Shown piece after piece: positions 48,773 through 58,751 of a stretch of DNA of 64,000 nt (positions within the stretch are counted from its first letter, which is position 1; each line of letters begins with the position of its first letter). Below the pieces are notes generated by a model that did not search any database, was not told the origin of the DNA, and saw only the letters and a list, made by a program, of their open reading frames with translations. This stretch comes from Candidatus Nanohaloarchaea archaeon. Its GTDB lineage: Archaea; Nanohalarchaeota; Nanosalinia; Nanosalinales; Nanosalinaceae. Location: positions 128,001-192,000 of the forward strand of contig JACOQA010000003.1 of NCBI GenBank assembly GCA_014297435.1, written 5' to 3'. The position numbers and the translations under genes were made by a program.

Positions 48773-49170
48773 TGACACACGCAAACGGAAAAAGAAAGAC
48801 AGCAAAGGCAAGAGCTTCAGTTACTGAAGGAGAAGGAACCCTGAGGATCAACTCCCAGCCACTCAAAACATACAGAGAAATGTTCAGACAGAGAGTCAAA
48901 GAACCTCTCGTAATCGCAGGCGAAGATGTCTACTCCGACCTAGACATCGATGTAAACGTTGAAGGCGGAGGAATCCAGGCACAGGCAGAAGCCACAAGAA
49001 TGGCAGTCGCCCGCGCACTTGTAGACCACACAGGAGACGACGATCTCGAGAGAGACTTCAGGGACTATGACAGGAACATGATAGTCGAAGATCCAAGAAG
49101 AACCGAGACACGCAAACCTTCGCAGTCCTCAAAGGGAGCGAGACACAAACAGCAGAAGTCGTACCGTTAG
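48772..49170 (+). CDS. rps9: 30S ribosomal protein uS9
   Basis: GKRKTA, GGG, GAR...QKSYR. Confidence 0.97.
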   Translation: MTHANGKRKTAKARASVTEGEGTLRINSQPLKTYREMFRQRVKEPLVIAGEDVYSDLDIDVNVEGGGIQAQAEATRMAVARALVDHTGDDDLERDFRDYDRNMIVEDPRRTETRKPSQSSKGARHKQQKSYR

Positions 49171-49182
49171 AGGTATCCAAGA

Positions 49183-49380
49183 ATGCAAATACCAGTACGC
49201 TGCATGTCATGCGGCAAGGTAATCTCCGACAAATGGGAAGAGTTTAACGAGAGAGTCGATGACGGAGAGGACAAGAAGGAAGTCCTTGACGACCTCGGAC
49301 TAGAGAAGTACTGTTGTAGAACAGTCTTCCTTACCCACGTTGACACAGTAGAAGAAGTCGGAGAGCACAAGATCGTTTAA
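49183..49380 (+). CDS. rpoN: RNA polymerase subunit N (Rpo10)
   Basis: PVRC.SCG, YCCR. Confidence 0.97.
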   Translation: MQIPVRCMSCGKVISDKWEEFNERVDDGEDKKEVLDDLGLEKYCCRTVFLTHVDTVEEVGEHKIV

Positions 49381-49420
49381 AGCGATCTTTTTTTCTCCCC
49401 TATTTTCCTAACAAGGATTT

Positions 49421-49807
49421 TTACTTTCTTCCAAGCTTCCTGAGCGCAGGAAGAACCATCTCTAGATTAGGAGCTAGGTCTAATTCATCGAGTTCAGAGC
49501 CGTTGAACCATTCAAGTTTTCCAAATTTTTCTTCCTTCAGTTCAGGTTCTTCGCTGGTTTCGGCGAGGTAGCAGTGCCAGAGGAACAAAGTTCCATCATG
49601 TTCGAACTCTCCCGTGTAGAACGGCTTCCGTAGCTCCAATTCAACACCGATTTCTTCCCGTGCCTCTCTCACAGCTGCTTCGGTCGGGCTCTCCTCGCCC
49701 TCAACTTTTCCTCCGGGAACCTCCCAGTATCCTTCGTCTTCTCTATACAGAAGCAATATCTTTTCGTTCTCTATGATTAAACTCCCAGCCAACTCAGTGT
49801 ACTCCAT
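49421..49807 (-). CDS. NUDIX hydrolase
   Basis: PGGKVEGEESP.EAAVREAREEIG. Confidence 0.93.
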   Translation of the reverse strand: MEYTELAGSLIIENEKILLLYREDEGYWEVPGGKVEGEESPTEAAVREAREEIGVELELRKPFYTGEFEHDGTLFLWHCYLAETSEEPELKEEKFGKLEWFNGSELDELDLAPNLEMVLPALRKLGRK

Positions 49808-50604
49808 TAGAAGAGAACTAGTGGAAGCATGGATAAGAAGCCTACGACCAGACCTGTAGCCATCTCCTTTTTACCGCCGCCTTCAAGGTCTTCGCCCTCC
49901 TCAAGTCCTTCAGGTATCAAATGGTGTACAACAAGTACAGACATGGCGCCTGCTGCAAAACCGAAGCCGTACGGAAGGAAAGCTCTTGCTAAAGTAACGA
50001 AGTAGTATGCGATCACGGCACCTATAGGCTGCGGAAGCGATGAGAATACAGCCCACCAGACCATACTGTACTTCGAAAGACCTAATCGTTTGATAGGTAT
50101 CGAAATAGCAAGACCCTCCGGAATGTTGTGTATAGAAATAGCTATAGTCATGAAGACTGCCAAAACCGGTACTGTAAAACCAAGGAAATCGATTCCTGCA
50201 GCCAAATTAAGATCTGCGAACGAGACGCCAATAGCCACGCCCTCGGGAAAGCTGTGAACCGTTAAAATACCTAGAATTAGTACAAGTTTCGTAAAATCTG
50301 CTTTCGGAAGCTCTTCGGGTTCATAATTAAACCTGTGGATAACCTTGTCCGCTATAAAAACAAGTACCCCGCCCAGAAAACCACCAGTTAAAACCTGAAA
50401 TATAGTTCCCTCAGCCAGACCTTCTAATACCAGACCGAACACAGATGCGGAGATCATTATTCCCGAGGCTAGACCCCATAGTCCGACCGTCCACCTATCT
50501 GAAACTTCATCCTTGAAGAAGTATGGCAAAGCTCCTAAACCGGTCGCTAAAGCAGTTATAAGTCCTGAGATAAAGACCAGCGTGAACTCTGCAAGCGTGG
50601 TCAT
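49807..50604 (-). CDS. ZIP-family metal transporter
   Basis: HSFPEG and HNIPEG motifs. Confidence 0.93.
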   Translation of the reverse strand: MTTLAEFTLVFISGLITALATGLGALPYFFKDEVSDRWTVGLWGLASGIMISASVFGLVLEGLAEGTIFQVLTGGFLGGVLVFIADKVIHRFNYEPEELPKADFTKLVLILGILTVHSFPEGVAIGVSFADLNLAAGIDFLGFTVPVLAVFMTIAISIHNIPEGLAISIPIKRLGLSKYSMVWWAVFSSLPQPIGAVIAYYFVTLARAFLPYGFGFAAGAMSVLVVHHLIPEGLEEGEDLEGGGKKEMATGLVVGFLSMLPLVLF

Positions 50605-50692
50605 AAACCAAAGTGTTTACTCCATGGTTAAGAGTGCTATGTTTCTGCGGGAACCATTTTAAGCCAGCCGAGCAAAAAACTTTCTACGGAAG

Positions 50693-53600
50693 ATGAGCCT
50701 GAAGCAGATAATCTCCGACCTCCGTTCAAGAGACGAAAAGTTCGAGAAAGAAATCGAGGAAGTCCAAAGCCAAGAGGAAGAGGAGATAGTTTCAGAAATT
50801 GACGAGGACATGAAGAGAATCGTCGAGCAGAAGAAATCAGAGTGGGAAGATGCATTTGAAAACTACAGAGAGGAAGACCGGGAAACTTTCATACAGGCTG
50901 TAGAACACATCAAAAACAACTTTATACAAGAACTGAGGAAGGACGTAAGACAGGTAACCGAGGAACACCATAAGGAAATAAGACAGAAACTTCTAGAGGA
51001 GCTGGATGAGTTCGAGGAGAACCAGAAAGAACTTAGCGAAGAGATCGAGCTAGAAGTCGAACACCAGAAACAAAGAATCGACAAGAGACTAGATGATAAG
51101 ACGGAGGAGCTGGAGAAGCAGCTTGATCAGAAAATAGAAGAGTTAAACCAGGAAAGAGAAGATTTGGAGAAAAGCGTCGAGTCCAAATCTCAAGAAGTAG
51201 ATGAAAAACTTGCAGAAGTAGATTCTAAACTTAAAGAAGCTAATGAAAGGATCGAATCAGGTCTCGAGTCTGAGAAGGAAGAGATAGAGCAACGGTTCGA
51301 ACAACAGAACTCTGAACTTCAGAGAAGACAAAAGGAAGCTAAGAAAGAACTTGAGTCGAAGACTGAAGAGCTTGAAAATGAGATAAACGAAAAAGCAGAA
51401 CAAGTTGAAAAAGAGTCGAGAGATCTACGTTCTAACTTTGGAGAGTTCAAACAGGACGTCAAGAGCAATATAGACGAACAAGAAGAGAAGATCGAAACAA
51501 GATTCAAACAGCAAAGAGAGAAGATCAAGAAGAAAGAAGAGGAACTGGATTCCAGATTCGAAGAGAGCCAGAAAAAGGTTGAGAAAACGCTAGAGGAAAA
51601 GGAAGAAGATTTAGAAGATAATCTAGAGAAGAAAAGCAGCAGTATAGATGAAAAAATCGACCGGATAGAGTCCCAAATAGATGACCACGAGGAAAATGTT
51701 AGTTCACGTCTAGACCGGAGGGAGAAAGCCTTCGAAGAGAAGCAGAAACAACTTGAGAAAAAACTGGAGAAGAAAGAGGAAGAGTTGAATAGCCATCTAG
51801 AGGAGAAAAGTAACGAGCTAAACGAAGAAATAGATCAGATACGCTCCAAAGTCAAGAAACACGAGGAAAATGTTGATTCCCGTTTCGAACAGAAGAAAAA
51901 AGAGTTGGAGGAGCGAGGAGATAAGTTAGAGAAGAAGGTCGAGGAAAACCACGACAACCTTGTCTCCAGGATCGAAACCAAGGAGAACGAAATAGATTCT
52001 GAACTTAAAGACCATCGACAAGAAGTGGATTCAAGGCTGGAAAACGAGTTTGAGAAGCTTGAAGACAAGATGGAACATGATAGTAAGCAACTAAGTGAAA
52101 AGTTCAAAGAAAAGTCAAAGCAGCTCGATCAGAGACTCGAGGACAAACTTGATACCGCTGTTTTCAAGAAGGAGAAACAAGAATTGTCGAAACAGATTTC
52201 AGAAATTGGAGAGGAACAGGAGAGAAACACTAGTCAGCTTCAGGACATAAACCAGGAAATGGATAGTCTTAACGATAAACTAGATGATACAAAGGACGAA
52301 TTCAATAATAGGATCGAATTTGAGAAAGAGTCACGTCAGGAAACCGTAGAAGAGCTTAACCAGAAAATTGAAACGAAAGCGGACTCCAAAAAACTTGAGG
52401 AACGTGCACGTGAACTGGAGGACTCACTAGAGGAAACCTCTGAAGACCTAAGTAAAACAGAGGAAGAGTTTAACGGAAGACTTGAACAAAAGATAAGCGC
52501 AGAGGAGCTCGAAAATAGCATCAAATCAGCTAAAGAAGCTCTCTCAAACAGAATAGAGAAAAAAGCTGATAGCGAGGAAATCGAAGACAGTATAGAGGAT
52601 CTTAGAAAAGAACTCAATGAATCAGAAGAGAAGATTGAAAACCATATAGAGACCAATAAAGAAAGATTAAGTTCGAAGGTAGAAGAGAAAGAACTTGACC
52701 AGAAAACGAAAGATTTGGAGGAAGAAATAGAGAAAATTGAGGAAAATGTCGAAAATTCAATAGAGGACCAAGAAGAAAACATCGAGAGCTTTAGGTCTGA
52801 TATTGAGGAAAGGATAGACGAAAAGCTGGAGGATTCGAAGGAGAAAAGAGAAGATATAACAAAAAGGCTAAAACAGAAAGCAGAATCCTCAGAGATAGAT
52901 AGCCTGAAAAAGGACATAGAGGATAGACCGAAGAACGAAAAGGTAGAAGAAAAGTTCGAAGAAGTTCTTGAAAACATAGCAGAGTATGAGAAGAAAGTTG
53001 AGGGAAATCAGGAGAACATAGATGATCTAAGTAAAGAATTAGAAAATAGAGTGGGCTCCGCAGCAGACAGAGAGGACCTGGAAGAACTCGAACAGAAACT
53101 AGAGGACTCTATAAGTGAAAAACCAGGAGAGGAAGAAATAAATGATCTAGAAAAGAAGATTGAAAGCAAACCCGGTTTTGAAACCTTAGAGGAGGCTCTA
53201 AGGGAACGAATTGATTCAAAGGCTGACATTCAGAAGGTTGAAGATCTTGAGAAAAGACTTGAGGAAACAGCTGACGCAAGAATCGAGGACGAAATTGAAG
53301 AACTTGAAGAAAAAATCAGCGATGCTAAAGAAGTGGAGGAGGAACTTCAAACCGTGAAGAAGCGTCTTGAACAAATTGAAGAAAGCGATAACGCTACCGA
53401 ATCAGATATTGAAAAAGTGAAACAGAGTCTCGAGAAAAAGATTCTAGAACCTAATGAAGTTAAGAGGATTGCTTCGAACACGCAGGAAGTTGAAAAGCTT
53501 GAGAAACGTATCAAGAATCTTGAAAACCAGGATCGCTCCGATCTAGAGAGAAGAGTCGAAAAGCTCGAGAAACAACTGGAACAGACCTCTAGCTCAACTG

Positions 53601-53851
53601 GGACAAGATCAAGACAGGAGAAAAAGGATTTCTTCGAGCCTTCAGATTTGGACAAGGGAATGACAGGAAACAGGATGAAGGTAAAAGGAAAGTTGAACTT
53701 CCATGAGGAGACTTCGGGAACTTTCCTTTACTCTTTGAGAGGTTCTGATGACTGGGTTGTAGTGCGTTCAAGTCAGAAGTTAGAGGAAGGTTCTACAACA
53801 CTTCAAGGAGAGCTGAAGATACATCACGGCGATCTCTACCTAGAGGTCTAG
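50693..53851 (+). CDS. Giant coiled-coil protein with C-terminal OB-fold-like domain
   Basis: 1052 aa, E/K-rich; paralogous N- and C-termini to 46988..47938. Confidence 0.85.
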   Translation: MSLKQIISDLRSRDEKFEKEIEEVQSQEEEEIVSEIDEDMKRIVEQKKSEWEDAFENYREEDRETFIQAVEHIKNNFIQELRKDVRQVTEEHHKEIRQKLLEELDEFEENQKELSEEIELEVEHQKQRIDKRLDDKTEELEKQLDQKIEELNQEREDLEKSVESKSQEVDEKLAEVDSKLKEANERIESGLESEKEEIEQRFEQQNSELQRRQKEAKKELESKTEELENEINEKAEQVEKESRDLRSNFGEFKQDVKSNIDEQEEKIETRFKQQREKIKKKEEELDSRFEESQKKVEKTLEEKEEDLEDNLEKKSSSIDEKIDRIESQIDDHEENVSSRLDRREKAFEEKQKQLEKKLEKKEEELNSHLEEKSNELNEEIDQIRSKVKKHEENVDSRFEQKKKELEERGDKLEKKVEENHDNLVSRIETKENEIDSELKDHRQEVDSRLENEFEKLEDKMEHDSKQLSEKFKEKSKQLDQRLEDKLDTAVFKKEKQELSKQISEIGEEQERNTSQLQDINQEMDSLNDKLDDTKDEFNNRIEFEKESRQETVEELNQKIETKADSKKLEERARELEDSLEETSEDLSKTEEEFNGRLEQKISAEELENSIKSAKEALSNRIEKKADSEEIEDSIEDLRKELNESEEKIENHIETNKERLSSKVEEKELDQKTKDLEEEIEKIEENVENSIEDQEENIESFRSDIEERIDEKLEDSKEKREDITKRLKQKAESSEIDSLKKDIEDRPKNEKVEEKFEEVLENIAEYEKKVEGNQENIDDLSKELENRVGSAADREDLEELEQKLEDSISEKPGEEEINDLEKKIESKPGFETLEEALRERIDSKADIQKVEDLEKRLEETADARIEDEIEELEEKISDAKEVEEELQTVKKRLEQIEESDNATESDIEKVKQSLEKKILEPNEVKRIASNTQEVEKLEKRIKNLENQDRSDLERRVEKLEKQLEQTSSSTGTRSRQEKKDFFEPSDLDKGMTGNRMKVKGKLNFHEETSGTFLYSLRGSDDWVVVRSSQKLEEGSTTLQGELKIHHGDLYLEV

Positions 53852-54249
53852 ATTTCTGACCTGATCTCTTCTGCTAATTTCTCTCCACTCTTTAGTTCAG
53901 TTCTATCATACTCAATTTCAATCTCTTCGCCAGTGTATCTTGGAGTTATATGGAAGTGCATATGCATGACTTCCTGTCCAGCAACCTCCCCATTATTTTG
54001 CTCGACGTTTACACCTTCCGCGTTGAATGCATCTTTTACAGCGGTCGAAACTTTCACTATACCGTTCCACATGTAGTCCATGTCGTGGGCTTCATGTATG
54101 GTTTCAACGTGTTTCTTTGGTACAACCAATGCATGACCTTTTGAAACCGGTTCTGCGTCAAGGAATGCGATTAGGTCGTCTGTCTCGTAAATCTTGTGCG
54201 AAGGTAGGTCTCCTTCGATTATTTTACAGAAAACACAGTCATCATTCAT
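53848..54249 (-). CDS. HIT-family hydrolase
   Basis: DCVFCKI, GQEVMHMHFH. Confidence 0.95.
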   Translation of the reverse strand: MNDDCVFCKIIEGDLPSHKIYETDDLIAFLDAEPVSKGHALVVPKKHVETIHEAHDMDYMWNGIVKVSTAVKDAFNAEGVNVEQNNGEVAGQEVMHMHFHITPRYTGEEIEIEYDRTELKSGEKLAEEIRSEI

Positions 54250-54338
54250 GTAAAAACTGTTTATCTTCCAACTCTAAATAGTTGAATTCCAGAGCTTGAC
54301 CACGTTTAAAAGTGTTGTACCCCCCTGTAAAGTTATAG

Positions 54339-54413
54339 GCGGCCGTGGTGTAGTCTGGCCAATCATTTCGGCCTTTCGAGCCGATGACCCGGGTTCAAAT
54401 CCCGGCGGCCGCA
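54339..54413 (+). tRNA. tRNA-Glu(UUC)
   Basis: TCGGC-CTTTCGA-GCCGA; cloverleaf. Confidence 0.96.
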
Positions 54414-54448
54414 TATCCTTTATCGTTTCTATAAAATCTAAGTAAAAT

Positions 54449-54931
54449 ATGGTCGAACCTCTTTCAGTAGCACTCGGAGCAGTTATCAAGGAAGGAAAAG
54501 TTCTTCTTGTCAAAAGAGAATCTAACAACTTCAAGAACCTTTACGGTTTTCCAGGCGGCAAAATAGAGGGCGAGGAGCATATCCGCGATGCGTTAAAAAG
54601 AGAAATTGAAGAGGAAACAGGCTTTGAAACAAGTCTTAAACGTCACTTAGGGACCGTGTCGGAAAAGATAGAGAATCCTGAAAGCCATTCTCCAGTATTA
54701 TTACATTTCTTCGAGATGAAAATTGAAAGAAAAAGTTCTGAATCGGAAATGGAGACAAGTTGGTTTGAACTTGAAACAATATCACAAAATGAGAACTCTA
54801 TTATCCCCAGCGGCTCTCAGATGATACAGGAAATTGTTAAGAATGGAAAAAGAGGCTATTTCGAGAGCAACATAGTTAAGAAAAGCAAAAAAGCTTATTT
54901 AGATAGATTCGACAAAATAGGAAAGAATTAG
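54449..54931 (+). CDS. NUDIX hydrolase
   Basis: PGGKIE..E....ALKREIEEETG. Confidence 0.92.
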   Translation: MVEPLSVALGAVIKEGKVLLVKRESNNFKNLYGFPGGKIEGEEHIRDALKREIEEETGFETSLKRHLGTVSEKIENPESHSPVLLHFFEMKIERKSSESEMETSWFELETISQNENSIIPSGSQMIQEIVKNGKRGYFESNIVKKSKKAYLDRFDKIGKN

Positions 54932-55530
54932 TGGATGTCGTGACCTCTTTCCCGGTCACGCTGCCTAAGTGCCTCGTCCACTGATTTATCTTCGTGCTCT
55001 TCCGCCGAGTCAATTATGTCGCGTACTCTTTCGTTTCCAGAGTATTCGGGTCTTAGGTCGCCTCTAAACAGGTCTTCGAGGTCGTCCCATTTCTCCTTGT
55101 GGATCATCTCCTGTACATCCTCTCTTTTCAGCATGTCTACAACCTCTTCCCGATCCATCTCTTCTAGGTCCTGAACGATTCCTTGGTCCTCCATAAGGTT
55201 CTGTTTCCTTTTTACAGCGATCAGTCCGTTTACTACTCTGAGTGCGTCCATCATCTGGGCGTGTTCGTTGTGGTAGATCGCCATCTCGTCTTCAATAGAT
55301 GCAATCTCTTCGGCCAGTTCTTCTTCAAGAAGATCGTCGTCCGTCCCTCTTAATCTTTCGAATTTTCTTCTTCTTTTCTCAGCCAGACCTTCATGCTTGT
55401 CTCTTTTTAGTTCCATGTCGGCACGGATCTCTGATTTTTCTTCCATAAGTTCGTCGAGATCCATGTGCTCGATTTTTACAGCATCATCCTGCGTAAATCT
55501 GTCGATTATACCGCTTAATACAGCTACCAT
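54928..55530 (-). CDS. Helical-hairpin coiled-coil protein, possibly Snf7/ESCRT-III-like
   Basis: Amphipathic N-terminus, two long helices, short C-terminal helices; 200 aa. Confidence 0.55.
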   Translation of the reverse strand: MVAVLSGIIDRFTQDDAVKIEHMDLDELMEEKSEIRADMELKRDKHEGLAEKRRRKFERLRGTDDDLLEEELAEEIASIEDEMAIYHNEHAQMMDALRVVNGLIAVKRKQNLMEDQGIVQDLEEMDREEVVDMLKREDVQEMIHKEKWDDLEDLFRGDLRPEYSGNERVRDIIDSAEEHEDKSVDEALRQRDRERGHDIH

Positions 55531-55562
55531 ATACCAATATTGAATATTTTGAACTAAATAGG

Positions 55563-55874
55563 TTAACTATAGTTCTGCCTGAAAGCATTCCAGCGATACC
55601 TGAGGGTCTTGAAACATTCCTTCGCGGGATCACCCTGCTCAAAGAACATCCTCTTCCAACCACTCTCCGTCTCAACCTTTATGTTGGGAAACATGGACTC
55701 AGGCTGGAATTCCAACGATTCAATCTTCGAGAAATGTAGTTTGTCCACAAGTTCATCAGAATCGAAGTTCTCTTCTATACGTTCCCAGTCCTGATTCTGA
55801 TTCCTGTCTCTTTCGACATGTTCGGTCGAGACTGCTACCTCTCCAAGCTCGGAGTCGAACTCATCATGCTCCAT
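55563..55874 (-). CDS. Hypothetical protein
   Basis: Acidic ORF, ATG at 55874. Confidence 0.7.
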   Translation of the reverse strand: MEHDEFDSELGEVAVSTEHVERDRNQNQDWERIEENFDSDELVDKLHFSKIESLEFQPESMFPNIKVETESGWKRMFFEQGDPAKECFKTLRYRWNAFRQNYS

Positions 55875-55915
55875 AACAGTATTTTTGAAACAATTACTTT
55901 TCAACTGTACGCCAA

Positions 55916-56614
55916 TTATTCTCCTTCGTAACTCCCTTCCTGTCTACGGAAAGGTTCCTCGTCCATCTCCTCTCTTACATGTGCAACTATTCCAGGAGTT
56001 CTCGCGATAATAAAGATTCCTTTTCCAAGCCTCCAATCCCAGCCGATCTCAGACATGACAGCGGCTATAGCGCCGTCCACATTCAGAACCAGGTCGACCT
56101 TTTTGTCTGCAAGCTCTTGCTTCAATTCCAGCATATTCTCAATACTTTCGCCGTCAAAACCGTTTTCACGTGCTTTCTCCAGTATTTTCTGGGCTCTCGG
56201 ATCTTCTTCCTCGTAGACCTTGTGTCCTAAGCCAGGAACTCTTTCACCCTCTTCAAGCTTTTCCTCAACTATTTTTTCCGCAGACTTCGAAGACTGAACC
56301 AGTTTCATCGCCTCCTCGATCGCCCCGCCATGAGAGTCGCCTAAAGCAAGTATTCCGGCAGCTACCGAAGCATTCATCGAGTTCCCGCCGCTCTGAACCG
56401 TTCTAGCTGAAACAGTTGAAGGATTTCCAACACCATGGTCGATTGAGCTTGAAAGGACTGTATTGAATACTTCAGATTCCTCATCTGTAGGCCTCTCACC
56501 TTTCAGTATCAGGTAAATTGCATCGGAGAAACCCATCTCCATGACCTCCTCGAGTTTCTTTCCTCTTACTACAGCTTCTTCTCCCGACGATGAGATTTCT
56601 GTCTCCCAGTCCAT
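55916..56614 (-). CDS. Citryl-CoA lyase (citrate synthase fold)
   Basis: DHG, HGGA, PGLGHKVY..DPR, LNVDG; ~230 aa. Confidence 0.85.
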   Translation of the reverse strand: MDWETEISSSGEEAVVRGKKLEEVMEMGFSDAIYLILKGERPTDEESEVFNTVLSSSIDHGVGNPSTVSARTVQSGGNSMNASVAAGILALGDSHGGAIEEAMKLVQSSKSAEKIVEEKLEEGERVPGLGHKVYEEEDPRAQKILEKARENGFDGESIENMLELKQELADKKVDLVLNVDGAIAAVMSEIGWDWRLGKGIFIIARTPGIVAHVREEMDEEPFRRQEGSYEGE

Positions 56615-56641
56615 ACATAGTATTCAAAGCCATCAAAATAA

Positions 56642-57241
56642 ATGAGTAGGGACGAAAACACGCTCATGAAACTGAAACTTGTACTAGCTCTGGCGGTAGT
56701 TGCCTCCGGATGTATAGGATCAACGACATATACTTCGGAACAGGCATCAAACGCATTACCTGAACTAGAAGACTTGAGATCATCAAGTTTCCACAGCCAG
56801 CTCGAAGATGGAAACCAGTACTCCTTAACTACGAATAATCAGGAAGAAAGAAAGACTGTCGAGAAAGAGAATCATACGATGTTCACAAGGCAGTTCATGA
56901 TAATGCCAGAGAGCTCAAATATCCCTGTTGTAGAAAGTTCTGCACCTATAATTATCATAGGAAGCGTATACCATTTTAACGATACAAGCTCAGCAAAGCA
57001 GAACTACGACAAAGCAGTCTTCCAGAAGAAGGATGTTATTGCAGACGAAATCTGGCAGATAGAAAACAGGAGCTTCGGACGCGTGGCCAAGATAAATGTT
57101 TCTTCAGGGTCCAAGCTTACTGAGGTAACCTCTAGGGAACAAAACGTTTACCTACAAGCAAGTACCGCCAATATCGAAGAATTCAAGGTTGATGAAGCCC
57201 GTGAAATCCTCAAGAGAATGCGGGAGAAACTGAAATCATAG
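56642..57241 (+). CDS. Lipoprotein
   Basis: Lipobox VASGC. Confidence 0.7.
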   Translation: MSRDENTLMKLKLVLALAVVASGCIGSTTYTSEQASNALPELEDLRSSSFHSQLEDGNQYSLTTNNQEERKTVEKENHTMFTRQFMIMPESSNIPVVESSAPIIIIGSVYHFNDTSSAKQNYDKAVFQKKDVIADEIWQIENRSFGRVAKINVSSGSKLTEVTSREQNVYLQASTANIEEFKVDEAREILKRMREKLKS

Positions 57242-58126
57242 GATCTGCTTAAGTCTGTTCCCTATCTCGTGGTGTACCTCAACTACTTCCGCACCTGCAT
57301 CTCTCAAGGCTTTCTTCTTCCCGGAAGGCGTTCCCCTGTCACCTCTTATTATTGCTCCTGCGTGGCCGTACTTCTTTTCCGGCATCGACTCCGTAAACTG
57401 TCCGGCAATAAAACCGACTAAAGGCTTCGAGAAACCACCTTTTCTGACCAGTTCGGCAGCTTTCTCCTCGTAAGTTCCGCCAAGCTCGCCGTACATCACT
57501 ACTGCATCGGTCTGACTGTCCTCTTCGAACATTTCAAGAGCTTCACTGTAGCTTGTGCCACAGAGAACATCACCGCCTATCGCCACGGCAGTAGAAACCC
57601 CGAAACCGGCCTGTCTCAAGACCCATGCTGTCTCTGTAGTCATACCGCCGCTTTTGGAGACTAAACCGATTCTGCCTTTCTTGAAAACTTTTTCAGGGTT
57701 TGATCCTCCGATAGGTCCGATCTTGGTCTTTCCAGGAGATATTATGCCGACAGATGTAGGTCCGACCACGCGAACATTATTTCTTGAAGCCTTTCTGTAG
57801 ATTTCGTAGGAGTCCTTTGTTGGAATCCTTTCTGTAACGATATTCAGGAGCTCTAAGCCGTTTTCGATAGCTTCGAAAGCTGCATCCTTAGCGGCAAAAG
57901 GCGGAACATAGATTAGAGAGGTATTGATCTCCGGGTGGTTTTCAAGAGCTTGTTTTACAGTATTATAGACCGGGACTCCAGCCGCTTCCTCACCTTTCTT
58001 TCCCGGAGTGACTCCTGCCACCACCTCAGTTCCGTACTCTATCATCTCTGGAACTTTCTCGGATGCTTCTCTACCCGTAATTCCCTGGACAAGAACTTTG
58101 GTATCTTCATCTACTAGTATAGACAT
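57236..58126 (-). CDS. CoA-ligase alpha subunit (SucD/citryl-CoA synthetase small subunit)
   Basis: VQGITG, GVTPGK, SKSGG, phospho-His GHAGA. Confidence 0.9.
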   Translation of the reverse strand: MSILVDEDTKVLVQGITGREASEKVPEMIEYGTEVVAGVTPGKKGEEAAGVPVYNTVKQALENHPEINTSLIYVPPFAAKDAAFEAIENGLELLNIVTERIPTKDSYEIYRKASRNNVRVVGPTSVGIISPGKTKIGPIGGSNPEKVFKKGRIGLVSKSGGMTTETAWVLRQAGFGVSTAVAIGGDVLCGTSYSEALEMFEEDSQTDAVVMYGELGGTYEEKAAELVRKGGFSKPLVGFIAGQFTESMPEKKYGHAGAIIRGDRGTPSGKKKALRDAGAEVVEVHHEIGNRLKQIL

Positions 58127-58751
58127 TTCTATTCACCTTCTCCGCTATTCTTTGGACCTCGAGACCCCCAATTTTCTCGTAATCTTCGTTCTTTCCGAAT
58201 ACTTTGTACTGCTCTACAAGAACAAAGCTCATTCCGACTTTGCGGCACGCCGGATCTCTTTCTAGGTTGTTCCCGAAGTAGACAAACTTACCTGGTCCGG
58301 AATCTCTTTTTTCGACAAAAGCCTCAAAGATCTCGGTTTCAGGCTTCTCCACACCAACTTCTTCAGATACAACCAGTCCTTTGTATGGAACTTCGTGAGA
58401 TTCGAGTTGATCTCTGAACCATTCTTTGCCTTTCTGCGAGTTGTCGCTGATAAAACCAATTTTACCGAACTTTTCCGAGCATTTTCTAAGGAACTTGAAG
58501 ACACCTTTCTTCTCCATAAAATGCTTCTCTCTTTCTTCATACCTCTTAACGACTTCTTCAGGGTCGGTGCCGCTTAAACCGTGTTTTTCCATGTATCTCT
58601 CGACGTGAGACGGATTGTATATTCTGAAATTGTTTACATTGAAATGTGGAACCTCTTCGCCGTTCTCCCTGAAAACATCATCAATTAACTCATTCTGGAG
58701 TTTTGATGAAGGTATCAATGTATCTCCAATATCGAAGACTGGTGTTTTCAT
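58107..58751 (-). CDS. HAD-family hydrolase
   Basis: FDIGDTL, KP, GNN...D. Confidence 0.88.
   Translation of the reverse strand: MKTPVFDIGDTLIPSSKLQNELIDDVFRENGEEVPHFNVNNFRIYNPSHVERYMEKHGLSGTDPEEVVKRYEEREKHFMEKKGVFKFLRKCSEKFGKIGFISDNSQKGKEWFRDQLESHEVPYKGLVVSEEVGVEKPETEIFEAFVEKRDSGPGKFVYFGNNLERDPACRKVGMSFVLVEQYKVFGKNEDYEKIGGLEVQRIAEKVNRNVYTSR

Noticed and set aside
50693-53851. SMC/Rad50 call
   Set aside because: No Walker A/B, hinge or CxxC hook
54274-54534. ORFs overlapping tRNA-Glu, and 63666..63869 overlapping tRNA-Leu
   Set aside because: Spurious translations of tRNA genes
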